Shown here piece by piece: positions 8,813 to 17,793 of a stretch of 64,000 nucleotides of DNA (position 1 is its first letter; every line of letters begins with the position of its first letter). The DNA lies in assembly GCA_965228475.1 (NCBI GenBank), contig OZ245817.1:3328001-3392000 (forward strand), read 5' to 3'. Below the pieces are notes generated by a model. That model was not told the DNA's origin. It did no database searches and was given only the letters and a program-made list of their open reading frames with translations. The DNA comes from Myxococcota bacterium. GTDB taxonomy: Bacteria > Myxococcota_A > UBA9160 > JAFDDA01. The position numbers were made by a program, and so were the translations under genes.

Positions 8813-10255
8813 ATGACTCATTCGATCCGCACTCTGGCGCGGGGACTCGCAATCGCGATCGCCGTCGCCCTCTCCTTCGACGCCCCGGCGGCGCCGATCC
8901 TCCACGGCGACTTCGACGGCGCGACGGTGACCTTCAACGCCGTCACCGAAGAGGCCCTCACCCCCGGCGACGGCCCGATCCTGTTCGGAACGCCTTCGGT
9001 CGTCGGCGACGAGCTCGACTTCAACCCCACCTCGTTCGCGGCCTCGGCGACCGGGGCCGGGGGCGTCGACGTCACCGACGGCCTGCTGCAGTTCGAGGTG
9101 AAAGCGCGCCCGGGCTACGTGATCGACGAGATCACGTTCTCGGAGCGCGGGGACTACACCCTCGTGGGCGGCGGCGGCGCCGGAACCTTCGCCTCCGTCC
9201 AGGCCGCCGTCTTCGGGGAGATCCTCGAGGTCTCGGGCATCGAGCTGGCCGCGGCCATCCGCTTCCAGGGGAACTTGACCTTCACGCCGTCCGACGGCGA
9301 CTTCGACCTCGCGACCGACGGCGTCGCGGTCGCGCGGATCTTCCACGGATCCATCGCCTTCGATCTCCAGGCCGTGCTCGACGCCGCGGGCGTGACGGGC
9401 GAAGTGACCCGCGTCGGGTTCGCCCTCGACAACACGCTCGTCGCGACGAGCGAGTTCGGGACCAGCGCCTTCATCGCCAAGAAGGACCACGACGGCGCCG
9501 CGGTCGGCGTCGCGGTGGTGACCGACGTGCCCGAGCCGCAGCCCGGCGAACTGCTCGCCCTGGCGGCCCTCCTGCTGTTCGTCACCTCCGGGCGCATTCG
9601 CTTCCGGGGCACGCTCGCGGTGCTCGCCGGGCTCGCGACCCTCTCCGGGGGCTCGGCGATGGCCGCCCCCTTCACCTTCGAGAGCGGAACGATCACGGGG
9701 ACCTACGACTTCGCCACGGGGCGGACGCGCGGCGCCCTCGAGTTCGACCCGAACGACGGCTCGCCGGTGGACTACTCAGACTACAGCCTCTCGTTCGACT
9801 TCGACGGCCTGGTCGCCCTCGTCGGCGGAACCTCGGCCAACGGCACGTGGTCCGGCGACGCCGAGACCTCGGCCGGCCGCAACGCCCGCCTGCGCATCAC
9901 CATCGACGACGGCGACCCGGGCGCGTGGACCGCTTCACCGGGGCCCGGCCGGACGGAGCTCGGGCTGGGAACCCACGTCGTCCTCGATGCACCGATCGCG
10001 TTCCTCCCGAACGAAGAGCGCGACGTCCCCCTGCTCCCGGAGCACTACACCGAGCTTCGTGTCCTCGCCGAGTTCGACCTCGTCGACTGGGTCTGGGACG
10101 CGAGCGAGTTCGCGGGGAACGTGACCGGCTACGCGTTCAGCGGAACGTTCGAGCTCCAGGCGGTGCCGGAGTCTTCCCTCGTCATCCTGCTCGGCGGCGC
10201 CGCGATTGCGCTGGGCGTCGTGCGCAGCGGCCTGCGGCGCCCCTGCCTTTCCTGA
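8813..10255 (+). CDS. Tandem double PEP-CTERM protein (two signal peptides, two PEP-CTERM anchors)
   Basis: Signal ...DAPA-AP; internal VPEPQPGELLALAALLLFVTSGRIRFRG; second signal TLAVLAGLATLSGGSAMA-AP; terminal VPESSLVILLGGAAIALGVVRSGLRR. Confidence 0.8.
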   Translation: MTHSIRTLARGLAIAIAVALSFDAPAAPILHGDFDGATVTFNAVTEEALTPGDGPILFGTPSVVGDELDFNPTSFAASATGAGGVDVTDGLLQFEVKARPGYVIDEITFSERGDYTLVGGGGAGTFASVQAAVFGEILEVSGIELAAAIRFQGNLTFTPSDGDFDLATDGVAVARIFHGSIAFDLQAVLDAAGVTGEVTRVGFALDNTLVATSEFGTSAFIAKKDHDGAAVGVAVVTDVPEPQPGELLALAALLLFVTSGRIRFRGTLAVLAGLATLSGGSAMAAPFTFESGTITGTYDFATGRTRGALEFDPNDGSPVDYSDYSLSFDFDGLVALVGGTSANGTWSGDAETSAGRNARLRITIDDGDPGAWTASPGPGRTELGLGTHVVLDAPIAFLPNEERDVPLLPEHYTELRVLAEFDLVDWVWDASEFAGNVTGYAFSGTFELQAVPESSLVILLGGAAIALGVVRSGLRRPCLS

Positions 10256-10283
10256 TGCGCCGCCGTCGCGAAGCGCGGCCCGG

Positions 10284-10308
10284 GGGGCGGGGCACGGTGC
10301 CCCGCCCC
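10284..10308. terminator. GC-rich palindrome between convergent genes (terminator or REP-like)
   Basis: GGGGCGGGGCAC-g-GTGCCCCGCCCC perfect inverted repeat. Confidence 0.5.
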
Positions 10309-10323
10309 TCTTCCGCGAAACGC

Positions 10324-11019
10324 TCAGGCGGTGCCTTCGACCCTGCGGATCGCCGAGAGCATGACGGTCTCGAGCTGGTCCACGAAGTCCATGGCCACGG
10401 CCATGGCTTCCTCCGAATCGCCGCGCTCGATGGCGTCGAACATCGCCCGGTGGAGAGGGACGTAGCCATCCGGCACGAAGACCGGCGCAGGCGAGAGCTC
10501 GTCGGGCCGCATGTGGTCGATCTCGTTCAGCACCCAGAGCAGCGGGAAGAGCTTGGCCGGCTCGAGCACCGCACGCAGCATGGCCAGGTTGTGGGAGGTG
10601 AAGCGTGCGGCGTCCGAACGCGCCTCGAAGGCGCGCTCGAGATGATCCCGCGCGTCGTCGAGATCCCTCGCCCCGAGCCGCCGCACGGCTGTCCGCACCA
10701 TGATCCGATAGAAGAACCGGATCAGATCGACCGCGTCGTGCGCGAGCGTCGCGGCCGGTGGGAACGTCCCGACGCTCCCCTCCGGAAGATGCGCCAGCAC
10801 CCCGGGCCGCCAGCGGCCGGGGCCGAGCGCCGCGGGGCCCTCCTCGGTCTGCGTCACGACCCGGAGCCGGAGGAGCTCCGCCAACGCCAGCTCCGGGGTC
10901 GGCTCGGGCGTCGGACCGGAAGAGAGCAGTTCACCCGGCTCGAGCTTGCCTTCGAGCACGGCGCTGATCACCCCCGTGACGGCTGCGACCGTCGGGTCGA
11001 CTCGATTCGTGGCGTCCAT
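10324..11019 (-). CDS. GntR/FCD-like regulator with atypical HTH
   Basis: GAGGAG SD; EGKLEPGELL GntR-like start; FCD-like C-terminus HRAMFDAIERGDSEEA. Confidence 0.65.
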   Translation of the reverse strand: MDATNRVDPTVAAVTGVISAVLEGKLEPGELLSSGPTPEPTPELALAELLRLRVVTQTEEGPAALGPGRWRPGVLAHLPEGSVGTFPPAATLAHDAVDLIRFFYRIMVRTAVRRLGARDLDDARDHLERAFEARSDAARFTSHNLAMLRAVLEPAKLFPLLWVLNEIDHMRPDELSPAPVFVPDGYVPLHRAMFDAIERGDSEEAMAVAMDFVDQLETVMLSAIRRVEGTA

Positions 11020-11054
11020 GGCGATCTCTCCTCGGCTCGTTGAACTCTCGCGGA

Positions 11055-11618
11055 CTACTTCTTCCCGCTGGAACGGCTCTTCCCCTTGCCGCGCCCGCGC
11101 GGCTCGCGAAACCAGGGAAGCCCGTCGTACCAGCCTTTGATCGCCTCGCCGTAGGCGAGGGCGAAGCGCAGCGTGTAGCCGCGCGGGGAATCGAGCTCCT
11201 CCTCCGGCAGACTCGCCGCGAGCTTCTCCCAGGTCTTGAGGAGCTTCTCGTGGCGGGAGCGGTGGAGGCTCAGGAACCAGCCGAGCTCGTTCTCGCGCAG
11301 GTGCTCCCCGAACCAGAGCGTGAGCAGCATCGGGAATCGGAAGATCTCCGGCCCGGGCTCGCGGGAGATCCACTCGGCGAAGGCTTCACGCCCCTCGTCG
11401 GTGAGGGTGTAGACGCGGCGATCGCGCTGGCCGCGCTCGCCGCCGCGCACGAAGCCCGCCTCCTCGAGCGTCCGCAGCTCCCGGTACACCTGGCTGCGCG
11501 TGACGTTCCAGAAGTACCCGATGGTCGAGGCCGCCTGCTCGGCGACGTCCCAGCCGGACTTCGGCCCGTCGTGGAGGAAGCCGAGGACGGAGTAGGCGGT
11601 GGCGTTCGGGCGGGCCAT
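11055..11618 (-). CDS. PadR family transcriptional regulator
   Basis: VLGFLHDGPKSGWDV, SQVYRELRTLEEAG, RRVYTLTDEGR, plus C-terminal helical domain. Confidence 0.92.
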   Translation of the reverse strand: MARPNATAYSVLGFLHDGPKSGWDVAEQAASTIGYFWNVTRSQVYRELRTLEEAGFVRGGERGQRDRRVYTLTDEGREAFAEWISREPGPEIFRFPMLLTLWFGEHLRENELGWFLSLHRSRHEKLLKTWEKLAASLPEEELDSPRGYTLRFALAYGEAIKGWYDGLPWFREPRGRGKGKSRSSGKK

Positions 11619-11707
11619 CGGCCCAGACTACTCGAAAACCCGCTTGAACGAGCAATTTATCCGATCGAATTGACCTTTCCCGAGTTGCGCCCACTCGACC
11701 CCGGCAA

Positions 11708-12118
11708 CTAGAGCCGCAACGCCGCGGTGCTGAGCGCGGACTCCCCCGCTTCGTTCCAGGTCGAGATCCGGTAGAGAGCCGGCGCGGCGCCCGTCGGGTA
11801 GTGCAGCTCGAGCAGCAGGAGGTCGCCCGTGAGCAGCGCCGTGGTCCCGATCGGCAGCTCGAAGGATCCCGCGCGCGGGACGAACGTGTAGAAGACGTTT
11901 CGGACGCCGCCGGCCGCCTCGCCGCTGCCCGTGAAGCGGAACTCGCCGTCCGGCTCGAACTCGCCGGTCGTCGGCGACTCGCGCCAGAGCCGGAGGCCGA
12001 GAACGTCGGCCGAAGCGAAGTCCGGAATGACGACGCGAACGCTCTGCCAGCGGCACCCGCCGAGCGGAAGCGTGACGAACAACAACAACAGCAACGAAGC
12101 GAGCCGAATCGAGCGCAA
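11708..12118 (-). CDS. Small lipoprotein, hypothetical
   Basis: TTG start; hydrophobic signal with LGGC lipobox; beta-rich mature part ending WNEAGES. Confidence 0.65.
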   Translation of the reverse strand: MRSIRLASLLLLLFVTLPLGGCRWQSVRVVIPDFASADVLGLRLWRESPTTGEFEPDGEFRFTGSGEAAGGVRNVFYTFVPRAGSFELPIGTTALLTGDLLLLELHYPTGAAPALYRISTWNEAGESALSTAALRL

Positions 12119-12241
12119 GACGCAATTCCCCCGTGCGGCGCGGACGCCGCGTTTTCAAGATCACGAGCTCGATGGAGGGGGAGCCGACCGGGGTCGGGTC
12201 GTCGACGCGCGAGCTACTTCAACGTCGACACCGTCGGGAAG

Positions 12242-12258
12242 TGCAGACGACGTGCCAA
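12242..12258 (-). promoter_or_regulatory. sigma54 promoter upstream of the lipoprotein gene
   Basis: TTGGCACGTCGTCTGCA, near-consensus TGGCAC-N5-(T/C)TGC. Confidence 0.65.
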
Positions 12259-12447
12259 CGCGGGAGCGCTGCGAGTTCGCAGTGCAGCGGTCGAAACGGA
12301 CTCGCTCGGTAAGAACTGCTCCTCGCGACGTCGACGGGTCGCAAGGCTTACCGGCCGTCGCACGCCGACCGCCTTGACTCGCGAATCAGCCTCGTGCCAC
12401 GCTGCCGCATCGTCGCCCGGCGCCCACCGGGCCATGGAGGGAAACCC

Positions 12448-14313
12448 GTGCCGATCGTCACCCTGCGCTCCCGCACCGCCCTTGCGGCCGCCGCCCTGTG
12501 CCTGCTCAGCCTGCCCTACGCCCCGGACGCCTCGGCAAACGGCTCCCAGAGCCTCGAGCAATGCGCGGCCAGCAAGCTGCGCGCCGCGGCCGAGGCCTGC
12601 GAGGGGCTCGTCGGTGCCTACGCCCTCCCGGACCGCAGCTGGTTCGGCCACTCGCCGCGCGAGGCCCGCATCGAGCGCGCCCTCGCGGACCTGTCCGACG
12701 CCTACGCCGCGGCCGACGCCATCGCGATCGAAACCGGCGCGGTCTGTTCGGACTCGACCGGCGGCGCCGGCGAGACCGCCGACGCGATCGCGAGCGCGGC
12801 CGAAGCCCTCGCGAGCGCCATCCAGTCGGGCGACGACGAGCCGGGCTGGGGCTTCTTCGGTTTCTTCCGCGCCTGGATCGCCAAGCTGCACCAGAAGTAC
12901 CAGCTCTTCGCGACGGCCCAGCTCTGCGGGAACCTCGTCGACGCCGAAGCCCGTCACCTCTTGAACCGCGACGAAGACCGCCTGCGCGAGGGCCTCGCGG
13001 AGAAGCAGGACCGGGCCTTCCACCGCTTCGATCGCTTCTGGGCGCTCCTCGCCCTGATCTTCCACTCGGATTCGGGCCCCGACCCGAACGCGATCGCCGA
13101 CGACGTCGACGCGCTCACGGGCGACGTCGTGCTCGCCGTCGCGGTCTCGCCGCTCATCTCTCCCGAGTGGGTGCGGGTCGACCCCGAAGCCGTCGTCTCC
13201 TACGAAGGACGCGACCTCGAGCCGACCTGCTGGGACGGCGAGCCGTGGTCCTTCTTCGTGAAGGGCGGCTCCGTCAACAAGCTCGTCATGTACTACCAGG
13301 GTGGCGGCGCCTGCTGGAGCGGCATCACCTGCGGCGGCCTGCCTTCGCTCGGCATCGGGCCGACCTTCAAGCAGACCGTCGGCGGAAGCCCCGCCGGCTT
13401 CAGCAGCGGCTTCGCCGACCTCGACAACCCGGAGAATCCCTTCAGGGACTGGAACCAGGTCTTCGTCCCCTACTGCACGGGCGACGTCCATTGGGGCGAT
13501 GCGGTCGTCGAGTACGAAACGGCCGAGTCCGGGCCGCTGACCGTGCGCCACAAGGGCTTCGTGAACTCCCAGGTCGCCGAGAAGTTCGCACGCGAGCACT
13601 TCGTCCACCCCGAGGACGTCTTCGTCACGGGTTCGAGCGCCGGGGCCTACGGCGCCATCGTGAACTCCCTCTACCTCCAGGAGCGCGCCTACCCCTCGGC
13701 CCAGTTCACCGTCGTCGGTGACGCCGGAAACGGCGTGATCACGCCCGACTTCCTCGTCGACGACCTCTCGAACTGGGGCATCCAGAACAACCTCCCGCCG
13801 TGGATGCCCGGGCTGAACGTCCCCTTCGAGGAGCTCGAAGCCGCGGATCTCTACATCGAGGCCGCCAAGACCTACCCGGGGAATCGCTTCGCCACCTACA
13901 CGACGGCCTACGACGGTGGCCAGGGCGGCCAGACGGGCTTCCTGAACATCATGCGGACGGGCGAGAACGTGATCTTCTGGATCCGCTGGTGGGACGCCTC
14001 GTGTGACTGGAACACCGAGATGCTCGCCCTGAACGAGCGCGCCGCCGACGAGGCCCCGGACAACTTCCGCTACTACGTGGGAACGGGCTCGGCGCACACG
14101 GCCTGGGGCCGGCCCAAGGTCTACGACGACACGACGGGCGGTGTCCCGACTCTCCGGGACTGGCTCTCGGAGATGCTCGTGGGCGGCCCGGGCTGGACGA
14201 ACGTCGTGGCCGAGGACTTCGGCGTCCTGCTCGACGGCGACCCGCGCGCCAACCCGGCCTTCGGCAACGTCGAGCCCTTCGATCTCGAAGCGGGAAGGAT
14301 CGTCTGCGACTGA
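12448..14313 (+). CDS. Secreted pectinacetylesterase-family (PAE/Notum-like) hydrolase with N-terminal helical domain
   Basis: GGAGG SD; signal peptide; YQGGGACW, VPYCTGDVHWG, TGSSAGAYG nucleophile motif. Confidence 0.85.
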   Translation: MPIVTLRSRTALAAAALCLLSLPYAPDASANGSQSLEQCAASKLRAAAEACEGLVGAYALPDRSWFGHSPREARIERALADLSDAYAAADAIAIETGAVCSDSTGGAGETADAIASAAEALASAIQSGDDEPGWGFFGFFRAWIAKLHQKYQLFATAQLCGNLVDAEARHLLNRDEDRLREGLAEKQDRAFHRFDRFWALLALIFHSDSGPDPNAIADDVDALTGDVVLAVAVSPLISPEWVRVDPEAVVSYEGRDLEPTCWDGEPWSFFVKGGSVNKLVMYYQGGGACWSGITCGGLPSLGIGPTFKQTVGGSPAGFSSGFADLDNPENPFRDWNQVFVPYCTGDVHWGDAVVEYETAESGPLTVRHKGFVNSQVAEKFAREHFVHPEDVFVTGSSAGAYGAIVNSLYLQERAYPSAQFTVVGDAGNGVITPDFLVDDLSNWGIQNNLPPWMPGLNVPFEELEAADLYIEAAKTYPGNRFATYTTAYDGGQGGQTGFLNIMRTGENVIFWIRWWDASCDWNTEMLALNERAADEAPDNFRYYVGTGSAHTAWGRPKVYDDTTGGVPTLRDWLSEMLVGGPGWTNVVAEDFGVLLDGDPRANPAFGNVEPFDLEAGRIVCD

Positions 14314-14364
14314 GGCGACGCCAGAAGGGGCGCCGGGAGCGGAGAAGATGCGCGGACGCGAGTA

Positions 14365-14826
14365 TCAGCGTGCGCGGGCCTTCCAGGCGCGCGTGATCTC
14401 GAGATAGCCCTCGTCGCCCGGGGCGCCCTCGTAGCGGACGACGCCTTCCGGAATCTCGACCCAGGGCTGACGGCTGGCCGCGAAGATGTGGCCCGCCGGG
14501 ACGATCCACGTGGTGTCGTCGAACGTCCCGCCATCGAGCCTTCGCAGCGGCATCCCCGGCCGGGCACCGCCCAGATGCGTTCCACAGCGGGGGCAGACAT
14601 CGCCGCCCTTGTTCCGGCCGTCCGGGAGTCCGACGCCCTTGTTCACGGGCTCACCGGAGAGCAACCGGTAGCTCCCCTCGTGGACCATGACGGAGACGAT
14701 CCCGACGGAGCCCGTTTCCGTCTGGCAATCCGTGCAGTGGCAGACGTACACGAGGACCGGATCCTCCTCGACGACGAAGCGGACGTCGCCGCAGATGCAG
14801 CCCCCTTCCTGGCGGAAACCCGACAT
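14365..14826 (-). CDS. GFA/CENP-V family zinc protein
   Basis: GGCICGDVRF, CHCTDCQ, CPRCGT, HIFAASRQPW. Confidence 0.92.
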   Translation of the reverse strand: MSGFRQEGGCICGDVRFVVEEDPVLVYVCHCTDCQTETGSVGIVSVMVHEGSYRLLSGEPVNKGVGLPDGRNKGGDVCPRCGTHLGGARPGMPLRRLDGGTFDDTTWIVPAGHIFAASRQPWVEIPEGVVRYEGAPGDEGYLEITRAWKARAR

Positions 14827-14867
14827 GGCGGAAGGCTAACAGGCCTGCCGCTGGTATCGTACCGCCC

Positions 14868-16709
14868 GTGAGTGCGTCGGCCGAACCCATCGAGACCCTG
14901 CTCGCCCCGCTCGCCGGGACGGTGCTCGAGCTGCCGGTCGGCGTGGGTGAACCGGTCCACCGCGGCCAGACCCTGTGCGTGCTCGAAGCGATGAAGACCG
15001 AGCACCCGATCGAGGCGCCCTCCGCGGGCGTCGTCGCGCGGATCGAAGTCACCCTCGGCGAAGTCGTGGACGAAGATGCGCCCCTGGTGGCCCTCACCCT
15101 GGGCGAAGAAACGCCCTCGGAGGAACGGACCGAAGCGGCCGTCGATCTCGACGCGGTGCGGCCGGATCTCGCGGCCAGCCGCGAACGCCACGCGCTGCTC
15201 GAGGACGAAGCGCGGCCCGAGGCCGTCGCGCGGCGGCGGCATCGCGGCCAGCGCACCGCGCGCGAGAATCTCGCGGACCTGTGTGACCCCGGGAGCTTCA
15301 GCGAGTACGGCGCCCTCGCTACCGCCGCCATGCGCCGCACCCGGCCCGAGGCGGAGCTGCGTGCGAAGACGCCGGCGGACGCGATCGTGACGGGCCTCGC
15401 CACCGTCAACGCGGACCGTTTCGGTGCCGAAGCCGCGCGCTGCGCGGTGCTCGTGGTCGACGCTTCGGTGCTCGCCGGGACTCAGGGCTACTTCCACCAT
15501 CGGAAGATCGATCGCATCCTCGAGCTCGCCGAGAAAAACGCCATGCCGGTGGTCTTCTTCCCGGAAGGCGGCGGGGGGCGCCCGAACGACAGTGACCCCG
15601 TCGAGCTCGTGGTCGCAGGGCTCGGCGTGACGAGCTTCCACACCTTCGCCCGGCTCTCCGGAAAGGTCCCTCGGATCGCCGTCGTCTCGGGCTTCTGCTT
15701 CGCGGGCAGCGCGGCCTTCGCCGGCTGCGCGGACGTGCTGATCGCGACCCGCAACGCGAGCCTCGGCATGGGCGGCCCGGCCATGATCGAGGGCGGAGGC
15801 CTCGGCGCCGTCGAGCCCGAAGCGGTGGGGCCGATCTCGGTGCAGGAAGCCAACGGCGTCGTCGACCTCGTGGTCGAGGACGAGCGCCAGGGCGCCGCCC
15901 TGGCGCGCCGCACGCTCTCCTACTTCCAGGGCCCGATCGAACCCGGTCCCGCCGCGGACCCGCGCATCCTGCGACACGCCATTCCGGAGAACCGCCGCCG
16001 CGCCTACGACGTGCGCGCCCTCATCGACGCGCTCTGCGACGAGGGCAGCGTGCTCGAGCTGCGGCGCGCCTTCGGCCGCGGCATGGTGACCGCGCTCGTG
16101 CGGATCGAGGGCCGGGCCTTCGGCCTCATCGCGAACGACCCGGAGCACCTGGGCGGCGCCATCGACGACGAAGCGGCCGAGAAGGCCGCGCGCTTCCTCC
16201 AACTCTGCGACGCCTTCGGCCTTCCGGTCCTCTCCCTCTGCGACACGCCGGGCTTCATGGTCGGCCCCGAGGTCGAGGCCCGCGCCCAGGTCCGCAAGGT
16301 CTCCCGGCTCTTCACCGTCGGCGCGAACCTCTCGGTGCCCCTGTTCATGGTGATCACGCGCAAGGCCTACGGGCTCGGCGCCCAGGCCATGGCCGGCGGC
16401 ACGTTCGGCGCCCCCGTCTTCAACGTGGCCTGGCCCACGGGCGAGATCGGCGGCATGGGCCTCGAGGGCGCGGTGCGCCTCGGCTTCAAGCGCCAGCTCG
16501 AATCCATCGACGACCCGGCCGAGCGCGAGGCCCTCTTCGAGAAGCTCGTCGGTTCGATGCTCGAACGCGGCAAGGCGCTGAACGCGGCGAGCCAGCTCGA
16601 GTTCGATGCCGTGATCGACCCGGCGGAGACGCGGGCATGGATCCGGCGCGGGCTCGCGAGCGTCGGCCCGCCCGGCCCGGGCTCCCGCCGCTTCGTCGAC
16701 ACCTGGTAG
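14868..16709 (+). CDS. Biotin carboxyl carrier + carboxyltransferase fusion (acyl-CoA carboxylase family)
   Basis: EAMK biotinylation motif; EGGGGRP, GGPAMIEGGG, CDTPGFMVG carboxyltransferase motifs. Confidence 0.9.
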   Translation: MSASAEPIETLLAPLAGTVLELPVGVGEPVHRGQTLCVLEAMKTEHPIEAPSAGVVARIEVTLGEVVDEDAPLVALTLGEETPSEERTEAAVDLDAVRPDLAASRERHALLEDEARPEAVARRRHRGQRTARENLADLCDPGSFSEYGALATAAMRRTRPEAELRAKTPADAIVTGLATVNADRFGAEAARCAVLVVDASVLAGTQGYFHHRKIDRILELAEKNAMPVVFFPEGGGGRPNDSDPVELVVAGLGVTSFHTFARLSGKVPRIAVVSGFCFAGSAAFAGCADVLIATRNASLGMGGPAMIEGGGLGAVEPEAVGPISVQEANGVVDLVVEDERQGAALARRTLSYFQGPIEPGPAADPRILRHAIPENRRRAYDVRALIDALCDEGSVLELRRAFGRGMVTALVRIEGRAFGLIANDPEHLGGAIDDEAAEKAARFLQLCDAFGLPVLSLCDTPGFMVGPEVEARAQVRKVSRLFTVGANLSVPLFMVITRKAYGLGAQAMAGGTFGAPVFNVAWPTGEIGGMGLEGAVRLGFKRQLESIDDPAEREALFEKLVGSMLERGKALNAASQLEFDAVIDPAETRAWIRRGLASVGPPGPGSRRFVDTW

Positions 16710-16742
16710 GCCTGCGCAGCCTCCGGCCGCCGCGCGCGGCGT

Positions 16743-17696
16743 TCAGCTCGCGCGATCCCGAAACACCGCCGGCGGCCGGTAGAGCTCCGCCGGGTCGTCC
16801 GAGAGCCAGCGGTAGTAGATCCGCTGCTCCCAGGTCGGGTCGAGGAAATAGGCCCGTGCGATGATCGAAGGGCTCCGCCCCGGGTGCCAGCGCGGCAGCT
16901 TCTGGCTGATCCAGCGCGCGTAGTAGGAGACGGCGAGCCCGCGCCGGTACGGCTCGAAGACCGTCTCGGAGGCCTGGTGGTAGAACGCGTTCGGCGAGGC
17001 GCCGACGTGGATCTCGAGCGCGCCTTCGCCCCCCGAACGCACGGCCTCGACGATCTCGAGCGCCGAGAGCGGCACGCCATCGGGCCCGGTGTAGTGGACG
17101 TCGTAGTCGCCGTCGACGACGACCCACTTGCCGTGCCGCCGTGACCAGAGCTCCGCCACCATGTGTCCGTCGAGCTGGACCGCGCGCCCGTGGCCGCGGC
17201 CGGCCTGGACGAGCTGGATCAGCATCTTCGTGATGTCGCCGCAGGCGAACTCCGCGCCCTTCTCGGCCTCGTCGAGCATCTCGAGCACGTCGAGCCGGAC
17301 GTGCTCGGCCTTCGGGTAGCCGTGCGGGAACTGGCCGCGCAGGAAGTCCGCCATGGCGGCGAACTCGGGGACGTCGAGGGGACCCTGCCCGTAGAACCGG
17401 GCGGTGCGCGGATCGGAGCGAACCCGGACGAAGTAGGGGTGTAGAGCCGATTCCTGGAAGGGAGCGCCCTCCTCCGGATCGAGCCAATCGCCCCCGCCCT
17501 CGCGCAGGGAGACGAACAGCGATGCCCCTTCCATGAAGCCGCGCTTGGCCGTGACCTTCCACAGGCGGACGACGGCCGGGTCCCCGTCCACCGGGTTGCT
17601 CGCGGCGCTGTAGACGACGAAGAAGGCGAATCCGGCGAGGGCGACGAGCACCGCAACGCCGATGCCGAGCCTGCGCAGGAGCCGATGGGAACGCAT
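16743..17696 (-). CDS. Membrane-anchored transglutaminase-like (Cys-His-Asp) protein
   Basis: N-terminal TM; FACGD, GHMVAELW, KWVVVDGD triad pattern. Confidence 0.7.
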   Translation of the reverse strand: MRSHRLLRRLGIGVAVLVALAGFAFFVVYSAASNPVDGDPAVVRLWKVTAKRGFMEGASLFVSLREGGGDWLDPEEGAPFQESALHPYFVRVRSDPRTARFYGQGPLDVPEFAAMADFLRGQFPHGYPKAEHVRLDVLEMLDEAEKGAEFACGDITKMLIQLVQAGRGHGRAVQLDGHMVAELWSRRHGKWVVVDGDYDVHYTGPDGVPLSALEIVEAVRSGGEGALEIHVGASPNAFYHQASETVFEPYRRGLAVSYYARWISQKLPRWHPGRSPSIIARAYFLDPTWEQRIYYRWLSDDPAELYRPPAVFRDRAS

Positions 17697-17793
17697 CGGC
17701 GCAGTATACGAGGCTCCGCCCCGGAGGGCCTCGAGGCCCGAAGACCCAAGGGCCCCGAGGCGACAGCGAGGGCCGCTTTGTTAGCTTCCGGCC

